Assembly: GCA_902799985.1 (NCBI GenBank)
Contig: CADCCR010000011.1
Span: forward strand, 153 to 64,152
DNA length: 64,000 nt
Direction of reading: 5' to 3'
Source of the DNA: an uncultured Bacteroidales bacterium
GTDB lineage: Bacteria > Bacteroidota > Bacteroidia > Bacteroidales > Bacteroidaceae
Position 1 is the stretch's first letter. Each line of letters opens with the position of its first letter. The position numbers were made by a program, and so were the translations under genes. Below the pieces are notes generated by a model that did no database searches, was not told the origin of the DNA, and saw nothing but the letters and a program-made list of their open reading frames with translations. Of this stretch, positions 1 to 8,930 are shown piece after piece.

Positions 1-354
1 AGCATCTACACCGCCGGGAAGACCAACCTCTACCTCGGTGCTGAAAACACCCTCTACTATCCTACGGACGAGAACTTACAGGTGAACGCCTTCCGCGGCT
101 ACTTCCAGCTGAAGCAGGGCCTCACCGCCGGGGAGCCTTCCAATTCCAATCAGGCCAGCGTCCGCGCCTTCGTGCTGAACTTCGACGACGATGATAACGC
201 AACAGGAATAGTCAGTGCGGAAGCAAATTCTTCACTATTCACTCTTCACTCTTCACTTTCAGAGTGGTACACGCTCGACGGCCGCAAACTCTCTGGCAAG
301 CCGACTCAGCGCGGCATCTACATCCACGGAGGCAAGAAGGTAGTAGTGAAGTAA
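1..354 (+). CDS. 3' end of a secreted surface protein (5' end lies outside the window) with a T9SS-type C-terminal sorting tail
   Basis: Frame 1 is open from base 1 (SIYTAGKTNLYLG...) to the stop at 352-354. The tail NAFRGYFQL...NATGI...WYTLDGRKLSGKPTQRGIYIHGGKKVVVK parallels the C-termini of the CDSs ending at 12435 and 37381. Confidence 0.7.
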   Translation, partial: SIYTAGKTNLYLGAENTLYYPTDENLQVNAFRGYFQLKQGLTAGEPSNSNQASVRAFVLNFDDDDNATGIVSAEANSSLFTLHSSLSEWYTLDGRKLSGKPTQRGIYIHGGKKVVVK

Positions 355-358
355 ACCT

Positions 359-558
359 CTAAGGAGTCAAGGAGTAAAGGAGTGTCTGAGCCAAAAACTC
401 CTGAACTCCCAAACTCCTTAGAATAATAACAAATTCTACGGACTCAAAGGACTGTCCTGTAAGTCCCGAAAGTCCGTAGACAAAAAGAACCCCCTAAGGA
501 GTCCAGGAGCCAAGGAGTGGCTCCGCCAGAAAAACTCCCCAACTCCTAAACTCCTTAG
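359..558. repeat. Three consecutive hairpins whose arms are short tandem repeats (359-421, 435-480, 494-558)
   Basis: H1 is CTAAGGAGTcAAGGAGTaAAGGAGTg...ACTCCTgaACTCCcaaACTCCTTAG. H2 is TCTACGGACTcaaaGGACT...AGTCCcgaaAGTCCGTAGA. H3 is a near copy of H1. They fill the gap between the stop at 354 and the ATG at 595. Confidence 0.85.
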
Positions 559-594
559 ACAAAGAAAAAAGAAACAATTAATCCATAGAGAACA

Positions 595-777
595 ATGAAG
601 AAAACATATTTGCAGCCCACCACGATGGTGGTCACGCTACAGCAGCAAGGAATCATCTGCACCAGCAACGATGTAAGTCGTGTCAGCGGCAATACTGACA
701 TTGGCTACGGCGGCAGTGGCAGCGGACCGGCCCGCGCCCGCCAGCATAGCGGCATCGATTGGGACGATTGGGACTGA
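595..777 (+). CDS. Small hypothetical protein (60 aa), paralog of the ORF at 12449-12616
   Basis: MKKTYLQPTTMVVTL...TS...SGIDWDDWD aligns at both ends with MKKTYIIPLTTIEVA...TS...NSIDW at 12449-12616. Both lie downstream of surface-protein genes with related C-termini. Confidence 0.55.
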   Translation: MKKTYLQPTTMVVTLQQQGIICTSNDVSRVSGNTDIGYGGSGSGPARARQHSGIDWDDWD

Positions 778-797
778 TCCAAAGCAGATGAGATGAG

Positions 798-2708
798 ATG
801 AGACGACACGCTCTGATATGTATCGTGCTGGCCCTCTGCGTCAGCCTTTCGGCACAGGTGCAGCAGGGTGGCCCGGCGGACAACGTGAAGGTGAAGCCCT
901 TCCGCTTCGCCCAGCTGACCGACGTCCACCTGAACCCGAACAGCGACGGCCCCACCAAGGCCCTGCTGGCAAGTATCGAACAGATAAACCAGACGGACAG
1001 CATCGACTTCGTGCTCGTGACCGGCGACCTCATCGAGCAGGGCGACACCCGGATGATGCAGCAAGTTAAGGCTTGTCTCGACAGGCTGAACCGCCCCTAT
1101 CACGTGTGCATGGGCAACCACGAAACCACGTGGAGCGAGTCGGGCTGCACGGGATATAGCCGCATCTTCGGCCCCGAATACTACAGCATGGACTTCGGCG
1201 GCGTACACTTCGTCTTCTTCAACACTGGTCCGCTGCTGAAGATGGCCTACGGCCACGTGTCGCCCTACGTCTATACGTGGGCAGCGCGTGACCTGCAGGC
1301 CCATCGCGACATGCCAGCCATCGTCGTGACCCACTATCCCCTGACGGAGGGCGACGTGGATAACTGGTACGACGTCACCGATGCCCTGCGACGCCCGGGC
1401 AACATACGGCTCTTCATCGGCGGACACTACCATACCCTGCGCACCTTGCGCTACGACGGCATGCCGGGCATACTGATGCGCAGCAACCTGCCCGACGAGG
1501 AAGGGAAGCCCGGCTATGGCATCTACGAGGTGGACGGGAAGGAGATACGTGCCTACATACAGCGCGTGGGCGAAGAGAAGAAGTTCGTGCAGGCCTACAG
1601 CATGCAGCAGGCCGACTACGACCCGCAGGGGAAGGCCGCGAAGTACCCCGACTACAGCGACAACGAGCGTTTCCCGCAGGTCCGTGAGGTGTGGAAAGCA
1701 CAGGCCGGAGCCGCCATCTACGGTTCGCCCGGCGTGGAGAAGAAACGCGTCTTCGTGGGCGACGACGAGGGGCGGGTGCAGGCTTTCTCGCTGCGCGACG
1801 GGCAGAAGCTCTGGGAGTTCAAGGCCGGTGCTCGCATCGTGGGCGGACCCGCTGCCGACAAGGGCATCGTGGTGTTCGGCTCGGCCGACTGCAAGATATA
1901 TGGCCTGAAGGCATCGGACGGCCACCTGCTATGGACGCTGCAGGCATCGCAGCCCGTGCTGGGCTCCGTGAGCATCGACCGCGGCACGGCCTACGTCGGC
2001 GCCAGCGACTCCACATTCCGTGCCATCGACATCAGGACGGGCAGGCTCCTCTGGGCTTACCGGGGGCTGCGCGGCTACGTGATGACAAAGCCGCTCGTCA
2101 CTCGCGACCGCGTCATATTCGGTGCCTGGGACAACACGCTCTACTGTCTGCGGCGGACCGACGGCCACGAGCTATGGCGCTGGACGGGCGGACTCACCCG
2201 CATGCACTTCTCGCCGGCCCAGGTGTGGCCCGTCGCTGCGGACGGCTGCGTCTTCATCGTCGACCCGCAGCGTGCCATGACGGCCATCGACCTTGAGACG
2301 GGCGAGACACGGTGGCGCACGTTCCAGTCGAAGGTGCGCGAGAGCCTGGGCCTCTCGGCCGACGGTCAGCGCCTCTATGCCAAGACGATGCAGGACAGCA
2401 TCGTGTGTTATGCCGCACAGGGCGATGCGCCGCGCCAGCTGTGGGCCACCGATGCCGGCATCGGCTACGAGCATGCGCCCTGCATGCTGCCCGAGCGCGA
2501 CGGCATCGTCTTCGGCAGCACAAACGACGGCGTGAGCTTTGCCCTCGAAGGCAAGACGGGGCGTCTGCTGTGGCGCCACAAGACGGGCAACTCGCTGATG
2601 AACACCCTCGTGCCGCTGGGCAGGCGACGCCTGCTCTTCTCGAACAGCGAGGGCCACGTGGGCCTGCTGGAATACCAACAGACAAGACATAACACATCCG
2701 AACGATGA
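798..2708 (+). CDS. Secreted metallophosphoesterase fused to a PQQ-like/BamB-like beta-propeller repeat region
   Basis: Signal peptide MRRHALICIVLALCVSLSAQ. Calcineurin-type motifs are present (FAQLTDVHLN, VTGDLIEQGD, GNHETTW, GGHYH). The C-terminal half has repeated ...G.L.W... blades (DGQKLWEF, DGHLLWTL, TGRLLWAY, DGHELWRW, TGRLLWRH). Confidence 0.85.
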   Translation: MRRHALICIVLALCVSLSAQVQQGGPADNVKVKPFRFAQLTDVHLNPNSDGPTKALLASIEQINQTDSIDFVLVTGDLIEQGDTRMMQQVKACLDRLNRPYHVCMGNHETTWSESGCTGYSRIFGPEYYSMDFGGVHFVFFNTGPLLKMAYGHVSPYVYTWAARDLQAHRDMPAIVVTHYPLTEGDVDNWYDVTDALRRPGNIRLFIGGHYHTLRTLRYDGMPGILMRSNLPDEEGKPGYGIYEVDGKEIRAYIQRVGEEKKFVQAYSMQQADYDPQGKAAKYPDYSDNERFPQVREVWKAQAGAAIYGSPGVEKKRVFVGDDEGRVQAFSLRDGQKLWEFKAGARIVGGPAADKGIVVFGSADCKIYGLKASDGHLLWTLQASQPVLGSVSIDRGTAYVGASDSTFRAIDIRTGRLLWAYRGLRGYVMTKPLVTRDRVIFGAWDNTLYCLRRTDGHELWRWTGGLTRMHFSPAQVWPVAADGCVFIVDPQRAMTAIDLETGETRWRTFQSKVRESLGLSADGQRLYAKTMQDSIVCYAAQGDAPRQLWATDAGIGYEHAPCMLPERDGIVFGSTNDGVSFALEGKTGRLLWRHKTGNSLMNTLVPLGRRRLLFSNSEGHVGLLEYQQTRHNTSER

Positions 2709-3985
2709 ACAACAGCAAGACAATCATCCTGGCAGGAAGGCTCCTGCTACTGGCAGGCCTGTTCCTGCTGCCCACACAGACATGGGCCAGACGGACACGC
2801 ACCGACAAGATACGCGTGAAGACGGGCATCGAGGTGCTCAAGGCGCAACACTTCCGTCCCCTGCAAGGCAAGCGGGTGGGCCTTATCACAAACCCTACGG
2901 GGGTGGACAACACGTTGCGCTCCACCATCGACCTGCTCTATGAAGCACCCGGCGTGCAGCTGGTGGCGCTCTACGGCCCTGAGCACGGCGTGCGGGGCAA
3001 CCAGCATGCAGGCGAGAGCGTGACCGACGTGCGCGACGAGGCCACAGGCCTGCCCATCCATTCGCTCTACGGCAAGACTCGCAAAGCCACGCCCGAGATG
3101 GTCCGGGGGCTGGATGCGCTGGTCTATGACATACAAGACATCGGCTGCCGTTCCTACACGTACATCAGTACGATGGGCCTGGCTATGGAGGTTGCTGCCG
3201 AACAGGACCTGGAGTTCATCGTCCTGGACCGCCCGAATCCTTTGGGAGGGTGGCGTGTGGAGGGCTGCCTCACCGAGGACGACTGCACCTCCTTCGTCAG
3301 CCAGTTCCCCATCCCGTATGTCTACGGACTGACGTGTGGCGAGCTGGCGCGCTTGCTCAACGGCGAGCGGATGCTGTCGGGCGGCAAGGCCTGCCGGCTC
3401 ACGGTGGTGCCGATGAAGGGCTGGCGTCGCGACATGATGTATGCCGATACGGGGCTGCAATGGATTCCGGCGTCGCCGCACATCCCGCAGCCGGCATCCG
3501 CCATCGCCTATCCCATGAGCGGCATCATCGGCGAGTTCAGCTACCTGAACATCGGTGTGGGGTACACCATACCCTTCCAGATGTTTGCCGCGCCGTGGAT
3601 TGATGCCAACCGTCTGGCCGCGCGTCTGTCCGCGCTGGGCCTGGAGGGAGTGGTGTTCCGCCCCGTCTACGCAAAGCCGTTCTATGCCACCATGCAGGGC
3701 GAACAGGTGCAGGGCGTGCAGGTGCACTTCACCGACTATCGCAAGGCCCCGCTCACGGACATCCAGTTCCTCGTGGCACAGGAGGTGGCAGCGTTGTGGC
3801 CCGAGCAGGCGATGTTCAAGGTGGCCGACCCGGGACGCTTCCGCATGTTCGACATCGTGTGCGGCTCGGAGCAGATACGCCGTCGCTTTGCCGAGCGTCA
3901 CCGCTGGGAGGATATCCGCGACTATTGGTACAAGGATGTGGATGCCTTTCGCCGCCTTTCCAAGAAGTACTACCTCTATAAGTAG
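2705..3985 (+). CDS. DUF1343 family protein (NamZ-like exo-beta-N-acetylmuramidase family)
   Basis: N-terminal signal/anchor, then KTGIEVL...LQGKRVGLITNPTGVD...LYGPEHGVRG, typical of DUF1343. The start overlaps the upstream stop as ATGA (2705-2708). Confidence 0.8.
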   Translation: MNNSKTIILAGRLLLLAGLFLLPTQTWARRTRTDKIRVKTGIEVLKAQHFRPLQGKRVGLITNPTGVDNTLRSTIDLLYEAPGVQLVALYGPEHGVRGNQHAGESVTDVRDEATGLPIHSLYGKTRKATPEMVRGLDALVYDIQDIGCRSYTYISTMGLAMEVAAEQDLEFIVLDRPNPLGGWRVEGCLTEDDCTSFVSQFPIPYVYGLTCGELARLLNGERMLSGGKACRLTVVPMKGWRRDMMYADTGLQWIPASPHIPQPASAIAYPMSGIIGEFSYLNIGVGYTIPFQMFAAPWIDANRLAARLSALGLEGVVFRPVYAKPFYATMQGEQVQGVQVHFTDYRKAPLTDIQFLVAQEVAALWPEQAMFKVADPGRFRMFDIVCGSEQIRRRFAERHRWEDIRDYWYKDVDAFRRLSKKYYLYK

Positions 3986-4095
3986 GCGAAGTGCAGGACC
4001 CTGTGGCGGCCCGGAGAATCGGCGGGCAGCAGGGGAAAAAGGCCTCTCGTGTTCATTTTGTGCGCGAATTTGTTGGAACGAACGGGGAAAAAGCG

Positions 4096-4103
4096 TAACT
4101 TTG
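4096..4103 (+). promoter_or_regulatory. Bacteroidota-type -7 box (TAACTTTG)
   Basis: Matches the TAnnTTTG consensus, about 55 nt upstream of the ATG at 4159. Confidence 0.4.
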
Positions 4104-4158
4104 TGCCCGTTACGTCGGGAAACCGGAGCGGACGAAACGCAAAATAAACAAAGAGACT

Positions 4159-4299
4159 ATGGAAGACAAGAAAGCGGAAGGCACGCAGAAAGCGGAGCGT
4201 ACGTATCGCTGCAACGACTGCGGCGGCACGATATACAGGCACGAGGTGTTCTGCTCGAAGTGCGGAAAGCTGCTCGACAGATACGACTTCGAGGATTAG
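4159..4299 (+). CDS. Small zinc-ribbon protein (46 aa)
   Basis: MEDKKAEGTQKAERTYRCNDCGGTIYRHEVFCSKCGKLLDRYDFED has paired CxxC motifs. It is below the ORF-track cutoff and was translated by hand. It has its own TAnnTTTG box upstream. Confidence 0.5.
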   Translation: MEDKKAEGTQKAERTYRCNDCGGTIYRHEVFCSKCGKLLDRYDFED

Positions 4300-4322
4300 G
4301 GCAGGCGGGTGTCTGCCGGTGG

Positions 4323-6447
4323 TCAGGGCTCGGCCTTCAGCTCCACGATGTGGCTGACGAGTTCGCCCGATGATGTGAGGGTGAGACCGACCTTCATGAG
4401 GTAGTCGCCTGTGAAGGTTCGGCCCGAGCATGCGAGTGAGCTTTTGCGTCCGGGCATGAGGCATATCTCGCTGACGCGGTAGCGTGCATCGGGGTCGAGG
4501 CCTTTCAGCCGGGTGGGCAGTTGCTGTTCGCCGTATCGCGGGTGCATGTCGTAGGCGAAGAGGAGGGCGTGCCGGCGGTCGGGTGTGACGCGCTCAAGGA
4601 TGCAATGTTGGCTGTCGTAGGGTGAGAGGAGTCGGTAGAGTTCGGGCGAGAAGATGACGGGTTTCAGGCGTTTGTACTCGCTGATGGCTTGCCGGCAGTA
4701 TGCCATGTCGTCGGAGGAGAGGCCTTTCAGTCCGATGTCGAAGCCGAGTTTACCGGTGAAGGCGACGTCGACGCGGAATTTGACGGAAGCTCGGTTGTTC
4801 CAGTTTGTCACGTGTGCGCACATGGCTTTGGCGGGCATGAAGTGCGAGTAGCCCCATTGAATGAAGATGCGTTCCACGGGGTCGGTGTTGTCGGAGCACC
4901 AGAATTCGGTGAAGTAGCGTAGTCCCTCGAAGTCGGAGCGTCCGCCGCCGCCCGAGCACATCATCATGTAGAGGTCGGGGTAGCGCTGTTGTACGCGTTG
5001 GAGGACGTTGTAGAGTCCGCGCACGTAGTCCACGTAGAGGTTGCCTTGTTCGGTCTTTTCGTAGTGCGAGAAGATGTTGGTGATGGGTGAGTTGCAGTCC
5101 CATTTCATGAATTTGATGTGTGGGTTCTCCTGCATGAGTCCGTCGACGACGCCGAAGACGAAGTCTTGCACGCTGGGGTTGGCGAGGTCGAGCACCAGCT
5201 GGTTGCGGAAGTAGTAGTCTTCGCGTCCGTCCCATTTCAGTATCCAGTCGGGGTGTTGTTCGGCGAGTTCGCTTTTGGGGTTGACCATTTCGGGCTCTAT
5301 CCAGATGCCGAAGTCCACGCCTCGTTCGTTGGCGGCCTTGACGAGATAGGGTATTCCTCCGGGCAGTTTGGAGCGCGTCACCTGCCAGTCTCCCAGTCCG
5401 GCGTGGTCGTCGCGCCTCGGATACTTGTTGCCGAACCATCCGTCGTCGAGCAGGAAGAGGTCGACGCCCAGGTCCTTAGCTTCGCCGAAGAGGTCGGTGA
5501 GCTTCTTCTCGTCGAAGTCGAAGTAGGTGTTTTCCCAGTTGTTGAGGAGTGTGAGTCGGTCGTCCTGGCCTTTGTAGAGGCGGTGGTTGAGAGCCCATCG
5601 CTGGAATCGTCGGCTGCCGAGGCCTGTTCCTTCGTTGGAGAGTGTGAAGATGAAGTCGGGTGTGCGGAAGGTGTCGTCCTTCTTGAGGAGGTAGGTTGAG
5701 GCGTCGGGATTGATGCCGCTCACCACTCGGAGTGCTCTGTCGTGGTCCACCTCGAAGGTGAAGCGGAAGTTTCCGGTCCATGCCAGTGTGCCCATGAGCA
5801 CGGTGCCGTGGTCCTCTTCGACTGGTGTGCCGATGCCCACTTCGAAGAAAGGCGAGGCGAACATATTGGCGCGCGAACCGAGTCGGGAGTCGACGATTTT
5901 CTTGCCGAACTGCAGTTGTTGGCTCGACATGCGCATCTCCTTGGCCCAGTCGCCCGAGAATTCGGTGAGGTAGTACTGTGGTGCCTCGAAGTAGAGCATG
6001 GATGAAGCATAGCGGACGATGTTGACGCGTCCCTTTTCGCTGTGGCTTATCTCGCTCCATTGGCAGATGATGTCTTCCTCGGGGAACACCTCATAGTGCA
6101 GTACGACGGTGATGGGGTAGAGGTCGTCCTGCAGGGTGATGGCTGTGTGGCCTGCTTCCGTGTCGGAGCTCGAAGGCCGGTTCGTAGTAGTCCTCGGTGC
6201 CCATCACGGGATAGGCTTCGAATCCCTTGATGCCTGTGCTGGTGAGCCGTCCGTAGGGTTGGCTGAGCAGGCTGATGTCGGTCTGGTCGGAGAGCCGTTC
6301 GCCCAGGTAAGTCTGGTAGAGTCGGCCGTCGGCTTTCACTTGCAGCACCAGCTGAGTGTGTTCCGTGGCGATGGAGATGTTGGTCTCGGCTGCGGTGCTG
6401 AGTGTCAGGCCCAGCAGCAGGATGAGGGAGGAAAAGAGGTGTTTCAT
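4323..6447 (-). pseudogene. GH36 alpha-galactosidase interrupted by a single frameshift near 6158-6161
   Basis: The N-terminal piece (6091-6447) has a signal peptide and ...GTEDYYEPAFELRH, then goes out of frame. The other frame continues EAGHTAITLQDDLYPITVVLHYEVFPEEDIICQW into the 588-aa ORF. That ORF carries GH36-like motifs (DDGWF, KFMKWDCN). Confidence 0.8.
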
Positions 6448-6472
6448 GTCGTCAGTTTTATGCTTCTGCCTG

Positions 6473-6480
6473 CAAAGTTA
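6473..6480 (-). promoter_or_regulatory. -7 box (TAACTTTG on the minus strand) for the alpha-galactosidase gene
   Basis: The plus strand reads CAAAGTTA, 26 nt upstream of the minus-strand ATG at 6447. Confidence 0.45.
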
Positions 6481-6544
6481 CGAAATCTTAGGCTATTTGC
6501 AAGGCAAAAGCATGTAAAAAATCAGTTTGTGAAATCTGTTGCCT

Positions 6545-6847
6545 CGCGGAGACAGTTTCTTCGTCCCGCGGAAACAATTTCTTTGCCCCAGATGAACAAT
6601 TTCTTCGCCCCGGATGAACAAATTCCTCTTTCCGGATGAACAAATTCCTCTTTCCGGATGAACAAATTCTTCTTTCCGCAAAAACAATTTCCTCGTCCCG
6701 CGGAATAAAACTTTTTCAGAGGTTCGGAAATATATTTCAAAGGCTTGGAAATATATTTTAGTGGCTTGGAAATATATTTCAAAGGCTTGGAAATAGTTTT
6801 GTGGCGCGGAGCGAGGAATTTTTAGCCGCAGGGAAACGGATTTCATG
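6545..6847. repeat. Tandem array of about 14 units, period 22 bp (a few units 19-21 bp), in a divergent promoter region
   Basis: Units include cgcggagacagtttcttcgtcc, cggatgaacaaattcctctttc (three copies) and gcttggaaatatatttcaaag (three or four copies). The 117-aa ORF at 6493-6846 is only a translation of this array. Confidence 0.9.
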
Positions 6848-6995
6848 GGGTGGCGGTAGAGGTTTCATGGTTTGTGCCTCGGGATTGTACGATGTTCGCG
6901 ACGGGAAACAGACAAATGATGCTTCGTTTAGGTCTGTTCGTTGATGATTGGGGAACTTTTCGGCTCAAATCGTTGCATAATTATGAGATTATTCA

Positions 6996-7003
6996 TAACT
7001 TTG
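6996..7003 (+). promoter_or_regulatory. -7 box (TAACTTTG) upstream of the CDS at 7126
   Basis: Matches TAnnTTTG, and would give a 5' leader of about 120 nt. Confidence 0.4.
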
Positions 7004-7125
7004 CACGCTTTTTTGAAGGCTTTGCCACATCTTTATATAAGAAGAGAAGCGTTTTTATATAAGATGGGAAGTGTTCGGGAGGGCAATAATAAAGTAACGA
7101 AAAACACAATCAAATCAAGAAAAAT

Positions 7126-8820
7126 ATGAAGAAAACCATCGTTACCATCGCCGCTGCTGTGGCGATACTGTCGTGTATGCCGGTCGGCGCACAGAGTCTG
7201 AAGCTGAAAGGCATCGGCCACAACAATCGCTACGACGACGGAGAGCAGATGAGGTCGACCTACGTGGCCTGGAACTCCGAGCAGGGCAAAGCGGTCTTCA
7301 TCGTGGACAACGGCATCTATGCCATGACCTACGATGCCCAGGGCCTTTCCATGCCCACGAAAGAGCCGGCTGTGGACATCGCCGAGGTGCGGGCCGATGC
7401 CGAGAAGCAGACCTGGGCCACAAACTTCAATCTGATGTACGGCAACAGCGGAGCCGTCTATGCCGACGGGCAGCTGGTGACGGTCTTCTCGCGCGACGAG
7501 TCCTCCACCACCGACGAAGAGCTGTTCCAAGTCTGCAAGTGGGATGCCACGACAGGCGAGCTGCTGAGCAAAGAGACACGCCCCAAGTCCGACTGCCTCG
7601 AGTCGGCCGGCATGAGCTACAACCCCAAGGACGGTAAGGTCTACGGCCTCTTCTACCTGACAGGCCAGGACCTCCCCGACGAAATCACCTCCGACCCCGA
7701 CTACTTCGAGGACCAGGATGCCGACATGACCGACGGCGATGCAGGCTACTGCCTCTGCACCATCGACCTCAAGACCATGAAGGTGACGCCCATCACCCCC
7801 GGTCTCTACTACTATAACTTCATCACCTTCGCCATCAACAGCGAGGGTCGCGCCTTCGCCCTCACCAGCGGCGGCAGCGGCGGCTACATCGACGACGACG
7901 GCCGGCAAAGGGACATCGACGGCAAACTGGCTGGAGCACAGCTCTGCGAGTTCAACCTCCAGACAGGCCTCCTCGTGCGCAACCCTGTGCAGAAGACCGA
8001 CGCGGAAGGCGAGACATACACCGACTACGAGTTCCCCACCGAGGGCACAGGCTACAGCTCGCAGTACAGCCGCCAGGCAGCATGCTTTGCCATGAGCAAC
8101 CCGGGCAAGATGTACTGGATAGGCTACGTGAACAGCGGCAAGGGCATCAACGAGTGGGGCTCCTGGAGCTCGCTCAGCGACAAGCAATGGCGCACCAACG
8201 GCAAGTACGACACAGCCCTGTATGAAGTGGACATCGAGACGGGCCAGGCCACCTTCCTCTCCAAGGTGACGAACCGCTGGACCTTCTCTGCCCTCTGGGT
8301 GGACGGCGACGATGCAAGCGACGGCGCAGGCATCAACGTCATTCCCGAAGAGCCCGTGGCAGGCGCATACATCGCCCTTTCCACAGCCGACAACGGCGCC
8401 ATCTGGCAAAAGGTAGAGCTCGGACAGCAGTACACCTACTTCCTGGAGCCCGCCATCGGCTGGAAGGTGCACAGCATATCCTTCAACAATCAGGACATCA
8501 CAAGCCAGCTCACGAAGGCCGGCACCATCACGACACCCGTCATCACCAGCGAGCTCTCCACACTCTTCATCACCTTCGAAGAGGAGGACGCCACAGATGT
8601 GCAGGGAACGGAACAGGCCAGCCAGGTGCGCATCCTGGGCAGGACAGGCGGCATCAGCGTGCGCGGAGCCAAGGCAGGCGACGTGCTACAGGTCTATTCC
8701 GCCGACGGCATCCTGCAATCCTCCCAGCAGCTCCACTCCGAAGAGACCGAAGTTGCACTCCCCGGCAAAGCACTCTACATCATCAAGGTGGCAGACAAAG
8801 TGCTGAAAGTACGCCTCTGA
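7126..8820 (+). CDS. Secreted hypothetical protein with a T9SS C-terminal sorting domain
   Basis: Signal peptide MKKTIVTIAAAVAILSCMPVGAQS. The C-terminus ...VRILGRTGGISVRGAKAGDVLQVYSADGILQSS...GKALYIIKVADKVLKVRL has the T9SS CTD pattern. Confidence 0.8.
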   Translation: MKKTIVTIAAAVAILSCMPVGAQSLKLKGIGHNNRYDDGEQMRSTYVAWNSEQGKAVFIVDNGIYAMTYDAQGLSMPTKEPAVDIAEVRADAEKQTWATNFNLMYGNSGAVYADGQLVTVFSRDESSTTDEELFQVCKWDATTGELLSKETRPKSDCLESAGMSYNPKDGKVYGLFYLTGQDLPDEITSDPDYFEDQDADMTDGDAGYCLCTIDLKTMKVTPITPGLYYYNFITFAINSEGRAFALTSGGSGGYIDDDGRQRDIDGKLAGAQLCEFNLQTGLLVRNPVQKTDAEGETYTDYEFPTEGTGYSSQYSRQAACFAMSNPGKMYWIGYVNSGKGINEWGSWSSLSDKQWRTNGKYDTALYEVDIETGQATFLSKVTNRWTFSALWVDGDDASDGAGINVIPEEPVAGAYIALSTADNGAIWQKVELGQQYTYFLEPAIGWKVHSISFNNQDITSQLTKAGTITTPVITSELSTLFITFEEEDATDVQGTEQASQVRILGRTGGISVRGAKAGDVLQVYSADGILQSSQQLHSEETEVALPGKALYIIKVADKVLKVRL

Positions 8821-8930
8821 CCGACATTCGCCCGTCTTCGCCAAAACTACTTAACTACTGTCTACTTAACTACAGACTACTGAAAACTTCCATAATATAT
8901 TAATAAGGTAAAAAAGAAAAGTTAACCAAA

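Noticed and set aside
359-558. AAGGAG repeats as ribosome-binding sites for the ORF at 595
   Set aside because: They are paired with their reverse complements in hairpins and lie 40-230 nt from the ATG. Bacteroidota translation initiation generally does not use strong Shine-Dalgarno pairing.
705-1925. 406-aa minus-strand ORF, and similar long antisense ORFs (7033-8472, 16870-18096, 21058-22428, 24456-25850, 43429-44454, 49707-51797, 51960-53504, 58233-59597, 59380-60804, 62521-63921)
   Set aside because: Each is antisense to, or out of frame with, a gene that has clear family motifs. They are rich in Val/Ala/Gly/His/Arg, as expected for GC-rich shadows.
6150-6170. Programmed frameshifting or phase variation as the explanation for the three split genes (also 10680-10695 and 41305-41312)
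   Set aside because: There is no slippery heptamer, long homopolymer or downstream pseudoknot-like structure at any junction. Mutation or sequencing and assembly error is the simpler explanation.
6493-6846. 117-aa and 86-aa ORFs with repetitive peptide sequence
   Set aside because: They are translations of the 22-bp tandem array. There is no start context and the peptide repeats merely mirror the DNA period.
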